A stretch of DNA of 61,197 nt, the filler included, from Sandaracinaceae bacterium (GTDB lineage: Bacteria > Myxococcota_A > Polyangia > Polyangiales > JADJQN01), in assembly GCA_947483975.1 (NCBI GenBank). It is 4 parts of 4 records of this genome, joined end to end, with 100 filler letters (N's around TTAATTAATTAA, not from the genome) between each part and the next. Parts side by side here need not be neighbours in the genome. Positions count along the whole stretch, not along the records: positions 46,051 to 61,197 come from CANKOL010000097.1; 3 more parts are not named here. One strand, 5' to 3'. Positions 50,942 to 59,058 of this stretch are shown here, piece by piece. Position 1 is the first letter of the stretch; every line of letters starts with the position of its first letter. The notes below the pieces were generated by a model. The model made no database searches and was not told the origin of the DNA. It saw only the letters and a list, made by a program, of their open reading frames with translations. Position numbers and translations under genes: made by a program.

Positions 50942-51939
50942 GCTCAGCGAAGGCCGTGGCGCGCGCGAACATCGCGCTCGCGAAGTACTGGGGAAAGTGC
51001 GACGTCGCGCTCAACCTGCCCGCGGTCCCGAGCATCTCGCTGACGCTCGAGCCGCTGACGACGGAGACGACGGTCACGCTCGACGCCGCGCTGACGGCGG
51101 ACTTGCTCCTGCTCGGCGGCAAGCTCGCTGGCGCGAGCGAGACGAGGCGCGCGGCGAAGCTGCTCGCGGGGCTGCGAGAGCGCTCGGGGGAGCGTCGCTT
51201 TGCGCGGATCGAGAGCGTCAATCACTTCCCGACGGCGAGCGGCCTCGCGTCGAGCGCGTCGGGCTTCGCGGCCCTCGCCGGGGCGGCGCAGGCGGCGATG
51301 GGCATGGCGCTACGGCCGTCGGAGCTCAGCGCGATCGCGCGGCAGGCGAGCGCGTCGGCCGCGCGCAGCGTCTACGGCGGCTTCGTCGAGCTTCCCGCGG
51401 GCGTGCCTGGGGACCCGGATCTCGCCGCGTCGCCGCTCTATCCGCCAGCGTACTGGGACGTGTGCATCGTGGTCGCCGTCGCGGACGAGGGGCCCAAGGA
51501 GACGGGCTCGACCGACGGCATGGAGCACACGCGCAACACCTCGCCGTACTACGACGCCTGGGTGAACGCGGCGCCCGCCCTCGCGAACGATGTGAAACGC
51601 GGGCTCGACTCGCGCGACCTAAGCCGCGTGGGTGAAGCGATGGAGCAGAGCACGCTAGCCTTTCATGCCTGCGCGATGGCCGCCGCGCCTGGGCTGGTCT
51701 ACCTGCAGCCGGTGACCCTCGCCGCGCTCGCGACGGTCAAGCGCCTGCGCAAGGAAGGCGTGCCGGTGTACGCGACGATGGACGCCGGACCGCACGTCAA
51801 GGCGCTCTGCGCCGCCGAGGACGCCGCGCGTGTCGCAAAAGCGCTCGAGGCGACGCCGGGCGTGCTCCGCACGATCCGCGCGACGCCTGGCGCCGGGTTG
51901 ACGGTAGACGGGGTGCCCGTAGGTCGGGCTCACGGGTGA
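50938..51939 (+). CDS. mvaD: Diphosphomevalonate decarboxylase
   Basis: NIALAKYWGK, PTASGLASSASG, TMDAGPHVK. Confidence 0.95.
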   Translation: MSSAKAVARANIALAKYWGKCDVALNLPAVPSISLTLEPLTTETTVTLDAALTADLLLLGGKLAGASETRRAAKLLAGLRERSGERRFARIESVNHFPTASGLASSASGFAALAGAAQAAMGMALRPSELSAIARQASASAARSVYGGFVELPAGVPGDPDLAASPLYPPAYWDVCIVVAVADEGPKETGSTDGMEHTRNTSPYYDAWVNAAPALANDVKRGLDSRDLSRVGEAMEQSTLAFHACAMAAAPGLVYLQPVTLAALATVKRLRKEGVPVYATMDAGPHVKALCAAEDAARVAKALEATPGVLRTIRATPGAGLTVDGVPVGRAHG

Positions 51940-51945
51940 TACGAG

Positions 51946-52962
51946 GTGCCTGAGCCCCGCGCGCTCTTGGTGGGCGCGAGCGCCCCTGGAAAGCTCATGA
52001 TCTCGGGCGAATATGTCGTCCTCGACGGCGCCGTGGCGCTCATCGCGGCGGTCGACGCGCGGGCGGTCGTCCGCTGGGTCTGGAATGACGACGGCTCGCC
52101 CCCCGCTCGGCACGGCTCGCCGGGATCCTCGACGCTGCCTCCAGAGGTGCTGCTAACCAAGAGCCTTGCGGAAGCCTTCACGCGGATGACCTCCACCACC
52201 GACAGCCTCGCGCTCGATGTGTCCGCCCTGCGGCGGGGCGCGCGCAAGCTCGGCCTCGGCTCCTCCGCGGCGGCGGCGGCGGCGACGGCGGGCGCGGTGT
52301 TCGCGCGGGCGGGGCGGGACCTCGGGGCCGCGAGCGAGCGGCGCGCGATGCTCGACCTCGCGCTCGAGGGGCATCGCAGCGTCGCGCCAGAGGGCAGCGG
52401 CGCGGACGTCGCCGCGTCGGTGCTCGGCGGACTCGTGCGGTTTCAGCGCGACGCGGAGTCGGGTGCCGTGCTCGAGGCGACGCCGGTCGCGTTCCCGGCG
52501 GGGACGGAAGTGCGCGTCGTCTGGACGGGGCATGAGGCGCGGACGAGCGACCTCGTGCGCCTCGTGCGTGGGCTCGCGGAGACGGATCGTGCGGCCTACG
52601 AGCGGGCGATGGGCGCGCTCCGCGACGCCGCGGCGCTGCTCTGTGAGGCGGTCGCCGCGAACGACGCGGCGGCGCTGGTGCGCGCGACGAGCGTGCACCA
52701 CGACGCGATGGCGAGGCTCGGCGAGGCCTCGGGCGCGCCGATCGTGGAGGCCGGGCTCGCTCAAGCGGCCACGCTCGCGCGCAAGCACGGCGGCGCGGCG
52801 AAACCTTCGGGCGCGGGCGGCGGCGACGTCGCGCTCGCGTTCTTTGCAGACGCAGACTCAGCGAACGCCTTTGCAGGCGAGTGCCCCGCGCACGGGCTCG
52901 ACCTCGTGACGGTGACGCTCGGCGCCGAGGGCGTCCGCGAGCACCGAGAGATCTCTCTATGA
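51946..52962 (+). CDS. Phosphomevalonate kinase (GHMP family)
   Basis: APGKLMISGEYVVL, KLGLGSSAA, GSGADVAAS, KPSGAGGGD; operon context. Confidence 0.85.
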   Translation: MPEPRALLVGASAPGKLMISGEYVVLDGAVALIAAVDARAVVRWVWNDDGSPPARHGSPGSSTLPPEVLLTKSLAEAFTRMTSTTDSLALDVSALRRGARKLGLGSSAAAAAATAGAVFARAGRDLGAASERRAMLDLALEGHRSVAPEGSGADVAASVLGGLVRFQRDAESGAVLEATPVAFPAGTEVRVVWTGHEARTSDLVRLVRGLAETDRAAYERAMGALRDAAALLCEAVAANDAAALVRATSVHHDAMARLGEASGAPIVEAGLAQAATLARKHGGAAKPSGAGGGDVALAFFADADSANAFAGECPAHGLDLVTVTLGAEGVREHREISL

Positions 52963-54263
52963 CCAACTCCAGATTGCCCGGTTTCTACAAGCTCTCCGTG
53001 GATGAGCGCCGCCGCGTCGCAGCCGAGGCGCTCGGCGTCGACGTCGAGGACCTCACGCGCGCGCTCAGCACGGGCGGGATGGACTGCGCGACGGCGGACA
53101 AGTCCGTCGAGAACGTGATCGGGATGTACGCGCTGCCGTTCGCGCTCGGGCTGAACGTGCAGCTCAACGGGCGCGACTACCTCGCGCCGATGGTCGTCGA
53201 GGAGCCATCCGTCGTCGCCGCGGCGTCGAACGCGGCGCGCATCGTGCGCGCGGGCGGGGGCTTCTTCGCCGAGACCGACGAGCCGATCATGATCGCGCAG
53301 GTGCAGCTCGACGAGGTGCGCGATGCCGCCGCCGCGACGGCCGCGATCGTCGCGGAGACGAGCACGATCCTCGCCGAGGCGAACGCGTCCGTGCCCGGGC
53401 TGGTGTCGCGCGGAGGCGGGGCGCGCGCGCTCGAGGTGCGCGATCTCGGCGACGGGATGCTCGTCGTGCACGTGCTCGTCGACTGCCGCGACGCGATGGG
53501 CGCGAACCTGGTCAACACCGTCGCAGAGGAGGTCGCGCCGCGCCTCGCGCACCTCGCCGGCGGACGCGTCGGGCTGCGCATCCTCTCGAACCTCGCCGAC
53601 CGGCGCTGCGTGCGCGTGAAGGCGTGCATCCCGGTGGAGGCGCTCGCGTTCGAGGGGCGCACCGGCGAGAGCGTCCGCGACGGCGTCGTGCGCGCGTCTC
53701 GCTTCGCCGAGAAGGACCCGTACCGCGCGGCGACGCACAACAAGGGCGTGATGAACGGCATCGACGCCGTCGTCATCGCGACTGGCAACGACTGGCGCGC
53801 GGTGGAAGCCGGCGCGCACGCCTACGCGGCGCGCACGGGCAAGTACGAGCCGCTCTGCACCTGGCGCATCGGCGACGACGGCTCGCTCGTGGGTGAGCTG
53901 GCGATGCCGCTCGCGCTCGGCATCGTCGGCGGCTCGATCCGCATCCACGGCTGCGCGCGCCTCGGGCTCGAGATGACCGGCGTGCAGAGCGCCGCGGAGC
54001 TCGCGATGCTGATCGGCTGCGTGGGCATGGCGTCGAACCTCGCGGCGCTGCGCGCCCTCGCCACCGACGGCATTCAGCGCGGGCATATGCTGCTGCACGC
54101 TCGCACGGTGGCCATCGCCGTCGGCGCGCGCGGGCAGCAGGTCGAGGAGGTCGCCGCGGAGATCCACGCGCGCGGCGAGGTGACGGTCGAGGCGGCGCGG
54201 CGCGCCCTGCTCCGGCTCGTCGCAGCGGGCGGGGACGCGGGGCTGGCGGTCGGGGGCGAGTAG
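52959..54263 (+). CDS. mvaA: HMG-CoA reductase, class II
   Basis: ENVIG, EEPSVVAA, DAMGAN, ATHNKG, GIQRGHM. Confidence 0.94.
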   Translation: MTNSRLPGFYKLSVDERRRVAAEALGVDVEDLTRALSTGGMDCATADKSVENVIGMYALPFALGLNVQLNGRDYLAPMVVEEPSVVAAASNAARIVRAGGGFFAETDEPIMIAQVQLDEVRDAAAATAAIVAETSTILAEANASVPGLVSRGGGARALEVRDLGDGMLVVHVLVDCRDAMGANLVNTVAEEVAPRLAHLAGGRVGLRILSNLADRRCVRVKACIPVEALAFEGRTGESVRDGVVRASRFAEKDPYRAATHNKGVMNGIDAVVIATGNDWRAVEAGAHAYAARTGKYEPLCTWRIGDDGSLVGELAMPLALGIVGGSIRIHGCARLGLEMTGVQSAAELAMLIGCVGMASNLAALRALATDGIQRGHMLLHARTVAIAVGARGQQVEEVAAEIHARGEVTVEAARRALLRLVAAGGDAGLAVGGE

Positions 54264-54278
54264 AGGGAAGACGCAGCG

Positions 54279-54887
54279 ATGGCGCCCACGCGACCTCCTC
54301 CGCCTCACCTCGTCGGGCATGGCGCGCTGGTGGTCCCACGCGCGGGCTTCCAGCTCGAGCGCGTGGAAGGCGCGGCCGACTCGACCGTGCGCGTGACCTA
54401 CGGCGACGAGAGCGCGCTGCTCGATGTGCGCGCGCCGGACGCGAGCGCGAGCCCGCTGGCCGAGGTGCTGCCGGGCCCGCAGACGCGCGCCTGGCGCATC
54501 GAGACGGCGTCGTTCGTCTGCGCGTGGCCGCTCGGCTTCGTGCTCGCCGACGATCCCGATGGGTTCTCGCCGTTCGTCCTCGCGGGGCCGGAGGGCGCGC
54601 TCGTGTGGGTCAGCGGGCCGATGCCGCGGGACCGCGCGCTGCCTGTCGAGAACCTGATCGACGAGGGACAGTCCGTGCGCGGCGTCGCGGACGCCGGAGA
54701 CAACGTGCGGGTCGACCTCGACTACGTCTTCGAGGGCGAGCCGTGGTGGCAGCGGCGCTACATCCTCGCGTGGGGCAAGGACGACGTCCTCGTGCTGAGC
54801 GCCCAAGCGCGGGCGCTCGATGAAGACGCGGTGCGCGCCGCGATCGACGGCCTCGTCGAGACGATCGCGCCCTCTCAGCTGAACTGA
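54279..54887 (+). CDS. Hypothetical protein
   Basis: 202-aa ORF co-oriented 15 nt after mvaA. Confidence 0.65.
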   Translation: MAPTRPPPPHLVGHGALVVPRAGFQLERVEGAADSTVRVTYGDESALLDVRAPDASASPLAEVLPGPQTRAWRIETASFVCAWPLGFVLADDPDGFSPFVLAGPEGALVWVSGPMPRDRALPVENLIDEGQSVRGVADAGDNVRVDLDYVFEGEPWWQRRYILAWGKDDVLVLSAQARALDEDAVRAAIDGLVETIAPSQLN

Positions 54888-54939
54888 GCGCGGCGCCCGC
54901 TTTCCGCAGAGTTGCGCGAGGCGCTCGCAGACAGACCGC

Positions 54940-55380
54940 TCACTCGACCGGAAAGACCAGCCCCGTGCGGTCGCGGACAGCGCCCTGTCGGTCGAGAGGG
55001 TCGTCCGCGGCGCTCGGCGCCGGCAGCGCGGGCTCACTCTGGCGCACGTAGACGACGGGCGTCGCAGAGAGGAGCAGCGCGGTGATCGGCGCGTTCCCCT
55101 CGGCGACCTCGAGCGGGGTGTGGGCGGCCCCATCGCCCCAGCTTCCGCGGCTGCGGTCCGCGCCGCGCGCGAGCAGCACGCGCACGCCGTCGACGCGCTG
55201 CTGCCGCACGCACTCGACGAGCAGCCCCCAGTGATCGCCCCAGCCGTCGGTGTAGAGGGCGTCGTCGTCGATCGCGGCGCGGTCGAGCTCGAGGAGCCGA
55301 TCGAGCAGGTCCCAGCTCGCAGCGTCGCACGCGTCCTTCAGGTGCCGGCGGGTGACGACGAAGCCGTTCGGAGTGGCCAT
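54940..55380 (-). CDS. Hypothetical protein with ankyrin-like segment
   Basis: VRVLLARGAD...TPLEVA. Confidence 0.6.
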   Translation of the reverse strand: MATPNGFVVTRRHLKDACDAASWDLLDRLLELDRAAIDDDALYTDGWGDHWGLLVECVRQQRVDGVRVLLARGADRSRGSWGDGAAHTPLEVAEGNAPITALLLSATPVVYVRQSEPALPAPSAADDPLDRQGAVRDRTGLVFPVE

Positions 55381-55491
55381 CTCGAGAGCCTAGAGCGCCC
55401 GCGGCCGAAGTGACAGCGTCCCGCCGACGAGGCCGTGATCGACGGGGCGCGAGCCGAGGTCCGAGGAGCGGCGAGCGGACGACGTCCGCGG

Positions 55492-57144
55492 CTACCTCGC
55501 GGCGGCGACGGTGTCCCAGAAGTCGCACTCGGCGTGCAGGTGGGCCTCGCCCGCGGCGGGCGGCGTGACGAGGCTCAGGTGCCGGTCCGTCGCGGTCTCG
55601 TACGCGGGCCACGTCGGCGCGGTGCCGCCGCTCGGGTCCCCCGCCGCGGCGAAGCGCGTCCAATAGCCCTGCATGGTGCCGACGAGCGCGCGATCGGCCG
55701 CGGCTGGACGGCCAAGCTGCGGGTCGTCGAGGTCGAAGAGGAAGAGCAGCTCCGCCGCGTGATACGAGCCGAGGTGCAGCGCCGAGACGAACGCGCCGCT
55801 CGGCACCGCCTCGAAGGAGTAGAGCCAGGTGGGCGCGCCGGCGTCGCTGGTCGCGCGGGCGAAGCGGCGCGTCGCGCAGCTGAAGAAGTCGCTCGTCGCC
55901 GCCGTCAGCGCAGCGTTGGCGTTCGCGTACGACGCGACCGGGTACTGCGCGACGATGACGTCAGCGGAGCCGGGGCGCGCGCGCCCGACGGCGGCGCGGT
56001 ATTCGACCTCGTTCGCGACGGGCGTCGACAGCAAGCTCGCGTGGAACAGCGTTCCCTCGTCGGCGTTGCTCCCGACGAGGAACGGGACGTGCGTGAAACG
56101 CCCCGCGGCGTACGCGGCGGCGGGGCTCTCCGGGATGGTCGTCCCGTCGACGACCGGCGTGGGCACCGGGAAGCCGCCTTGATAGAAGAGCCCACCCGGC
56201 AGGGCGAAGACGTCGCCTGCGCCCACGAGCTCCGCGACGCTCTTGGCGCGCAGGCACGCGAGCATCGTGGCGGCGTCCGTGCAGCCGACGCGCGACGCGG
56301 TCGCGGCTCCGCGCGCCTCCGCGGCGGCGAGCGTCGGCGGCTCGAGGACGTCGGCGGGACCGCTCTCGACGATGGCGCGGTGGAAGAGCCCGGCGCTCCC
56401 CGGAGACACGCCGTGGAGCACGACCGAGATCCCACCAGCGCTCTCACCGGCGATGGTCACGTTGCCCGCGTCGCCGCCGAACGCCGCGATGTTGTCTCGG
56501 ACCCACTCGAGCGCAGCGCGCTGGTCGAGCAGCCCATAGTTGCCGCTGCGGCCGCCGCCCTCGGCGGTCAGCGCGGAGTGCGCCATGAAGCCGAGCTCAT
56601 CGAGGCGGTAGTTGACCGTGACGACGACCGTGGACGAGACCTCCGCGAGCCGACCCGGGCTGACGCCGCCCGAGCCGAGGACGAACGCGCCGCCGTGAAA
56701 CCAGACGAGGACCGGGAGCGGCGCCGCGGGCGCTAGCTCGGGGGTGAACACGTTGACGAAGAGGCAGTCCTCATCGCCCTCGAGCGTGTCGGCGCCGATC
56801 AGCACGTTGACCTGTGGGCACATCGCGCCGAGCGCGCTCGCGTCGCGCCGCGTCGTCCAAGGCTCGACCGGCGCCGGCGCCTTCCAGCGCAGCTCCCCGA
56901 CGGGCGGCGCCGCGTACGGGACCCCGAGGAACGTGTGCACGCCGCGCAGCGTGCGGCCGACGACCGTCCCGTCGCCGAAGCTCACCTCGACCTCGGGTGG
57001 AGCGCCCGCGTCCAGGCTGCCGGCGTCCGGCGGACCCGCGTCCGAGCCGGCGTCACTCAGCCCTGAGTCGCCGACAGGAGTCGCGTCAGCGCCGCAACCG
57101 ACGCCGAACGCGAGAATCAGGAGAATCGGGAGGCGCGAGAACAT
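55492..57144 (-). CDS. Carboxylesterase type B family lipoprotein
   Basis: FLGVPYAAPP, EDCL, HGGAF, GESAGG, YHAAEL; N-terminal VGC lipobox. Confidence 0.93.
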   Translation of the reverse strand: MFSRLPILLILAFGVGCGADATPVGDSGLSDAGSDAGPPDAGSLDAGAPPEVEVSFGDGTVVGRTLRGVHTFLGVPYAAPPVGELRWKAPAPVEPWTTRRDASALGAMCPQVNVLIGADTLEGDEDCLFVNVFTPELAPAAPLPVLVWFHGGAFVLGSGGVSPGRLAEVSSTVVVTVNYRLDELGFMAHSALTAEGGGRSGNYGLLDQRAALEWVRDNIAAFGGDAGNVTIAGESAGGISVVLHGVSPGSAGLFHRAIVESGPADVLEPPTLAAAEARGAATASRVGCTDAATMLACLRAKSVAELVGAGDVFALPGGLFYQGGFPVPTPVVDGTTIPESPAAAYAAGRFTHVPFLVGSNADEGTLFHASLLSTPVANEVEYRAAVGRARPGSADVIVAQYPVASYANANAALTAATSDFFSCATRRFARATSDAGAPTWLYSFEAVPSGAFVSALHLGSYHAAELLFLFDLDDPQLGRPAAADRALVGTMQGYWTRFAAAGDPSGGTAPTWPAYETATDRHLSLVTPPAAGEAHLHAECDFWDTVAAAR

Positions 57145-57216
57145 CGCGCGAGGATATGGGGCGCGCTTCGGGGGCGCAACGGGGTGGCCGGCGGCGGTCA
57201 GTCGAAGAGCCGCGCA

Positions 57217-58338
57217 TCACCCGCGCGGGGCGCGCGTCGCCTTCGACACCGGCGCGCCACAGTGCGGGCAGGCGAGGAGCTCCATCGGGAACGGCCCGCT
57301 GCAGTGCGCGCAGAAGACGCGGCCCGCGATGGCCTTCTCGTCGAGCTTCTCGAGCTCAGGGTAGTGCTGCTCGAGCTCCGCCGTGCTCATGCGGTCGTCC
57401 TCAGCGGCGGGCGACCAGACCACCTCGAGCGCAGCGAGCGCGCCCGACGCGGCGACGGCGCGCAGGTCCTCGAGCAGCACATCGAGGAACTCGACGCCCG
57501 CGCTGGCCAGAGTGTCGACGATCGGTCGCTTGGCGGCGACGATCAGCGTGACGACGACGACGCCGGCGCCCTCGTTGGGGTGGGCCTTCAGCGAGGGCGT
57601 GTCACCGGCGCTGAGGGCGCCGTCCGCGTTGCGGATCAGCTCGTGGCGGAACTCTGCGCGGGCCCGTGCGCCGAGGTCGCGGAACGCGCGCTCGGCCTCC
57701 GCGGGGCTCATCGGCTGGTGGTTCGACACATGGGCGTAGAGCCAGGAGAGCCTCGACGCCTGCAGCAACAGGACGGTCTCTCGCAGCAACTCCGCGAGCT
57801 GCGCCGGGGTGTCGGTCTTTCCCGCGCGGGCGAGCTCGCTCAGCCGCGCTTGCACCGCCTGACGCGCGCGCCAGTCGATCCCGAGGCGGATGGCGGAGAC
57901 GTCGAGCTTGCCGGCCACAGCGGGCGCGGCAAGCCCGGGGGCGAAGCCGCGCTTCTTCGGCGGGTTGACCACCAGATAGAACGCGAAGAGCAGGGCGAAC
58001 GCGACCGCGAACCCAGGCGAGACCCCGCAGCCGCCACCACTCGCGGTCGCGCTGTCGTCGCCGTAGCCGGTGCTGCTCGTGGTCTCACCGCCGCCGATGC
58101 TGCTGCCGGAGGTGTCGGCGCCGCTCGCGCTGGAGGTGTCGCTGCCACCGTAGCTGCCGCCGCCACCGTAGCTGCCTCCGCTGCTCGGGCCGCTCGAGCT
58201 GCTGCCGAAGCTGTCGCTGGAGCCGCCGAAGCTGCCGCCCCCGAAGCTGCCGCCGGTCGACTGCGCCAGCGCGGAGGCGGGCGCCAGGAGCGCGACCGCC
58301 GCCAGCGCGACGGCCGCCCGCAGTGCCACCGCGCGCAC
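57217..58338 (-). CDS. DUF1517-like protein with C-terminal zinc ribbon
   Basis: AQSTGGSFGGGSF, Gly/Ser tract, TM helix, VVVVTLIVA, ALEVVWSP...D.MS..EL...YPEL, CAHC...CPHC. Confidence 0.75.
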   Translation of the reverse strand: MRAVALRAAVALAAVALLAPASALAQSTGGSFGGGSFGGSSDSFGSSSSGPSSGGSYGGGGSYGGSDTSSASGADTSGSSIGGGETTSSTGYGDDSATASGGGCGVSPGFAVAFALLFAFYLVVNPPKKRGFAPGLAAPAVAGKLDVSAIRLGIDWRARQAVQARLSELARAGKTDTPAQLAELLRETVLLLQASRLSWLYAHVSNHQPMSPAEAERAFRDLGARARAEFRHELIRNADGALSAGDTPSLKAHPNEGAGVVVVTLIVAAKRPIVDTLASAGVEFLDVLLEDLRAVAASGALAALEVVWSPAAEDDRMSTAELEQHYPELEKLDEKAIAGRVFCAHCSGPFPMELLACPHCGAPVSKATRAPRG

Positions 58339-58349
58339 CGTCGGCGTGC

Positions 58350-58880
58350 TCAGGCCTTGCTGGGGCGCAGGACCATCTGCGCCTTCTCACCGATGAACGC
58401 GCCGAAGAGCGAGATCATCGCACCGAGGATGCCGCCGACGATGTACGCGAGGAGCGTCGGCTGAAAGCCCTCGGGCGTGATGAACATCAGGTAGCCGATC
58501 GTCGGCACGACCGCGATCAGCGCGCCGACCGCGGGCTCGACGAACGTCTTCCCGGGCGAGATGAAGCCGACGAGGATGCCCCCGAAGAACCAGACGACGA
58601 CGGAGATGCCGAGCCCCGCGAGCCCTTGCGGGTCGTACGACGGGATGATGTGCGGCAAGACCCCGATGAACAGCACCTGCAGGAGCACGTAGACGACGAC
58701 GGCCATGATGGCCCACTTCCACTCGAAGCCCTCTTGCTGATGGCGGCGGGCCGCGAGCTCTTCTTCCGTGTAGTCAGCACCGCCGTGCGCGTCGAGCTTC
58801 GCGCCGCACGAGACGCAGCGCGCCACGTTGCCCGCGTTCTTGAAGCCGCACATCGCGCAGACGATTTCCTTGGCCGCCAT
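58350..58880 (-). CDS. Zinc-ribbon membrane protein
   Basis: CAMC...CVSC followed by four hydrophobic helices. Confidence 0.75.
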   Translation of the reverse strand: MAAKEIVCAMCGFKNAGNVARCVSCGAKLDAHGGADYTEEELAARRHQQEGFEWKWAIMAVVVYVLLQVLFIGVLPHIIPSYDPQGLAGLGISVVVWFFGGILVGFISPGKTFVEPAVGALIAVVPTIGYLMFITPEGFQPTLLAYIVGGILGAMISLFGAFIGEKAQMVLRPSKA

Positions 58881-59058
58881 GATCTCTTCGGGCTCCTCTC
58901 CGCAACGGGCACGCTCCCCGCGCCGCCTCACGGTCGGGGGCGATTCTCGCTACAAACGGGGCCACGCGCAAGTATTCCCAAGCGCGACCGCGAGAAACGT
59001 CGGGGGAACTCGGGGCGCGAAGGGCGCGCGCCGGAAGCCGAGCTCGGCGCGCAGCGCC

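Noticed and set aside
30747..54263. Apparent isoprenoid supercluster (crt operon plus mevalonate operon)
   Set aside because: The two lie on different contigs separated by a linker; proximity is a concatenation artefact
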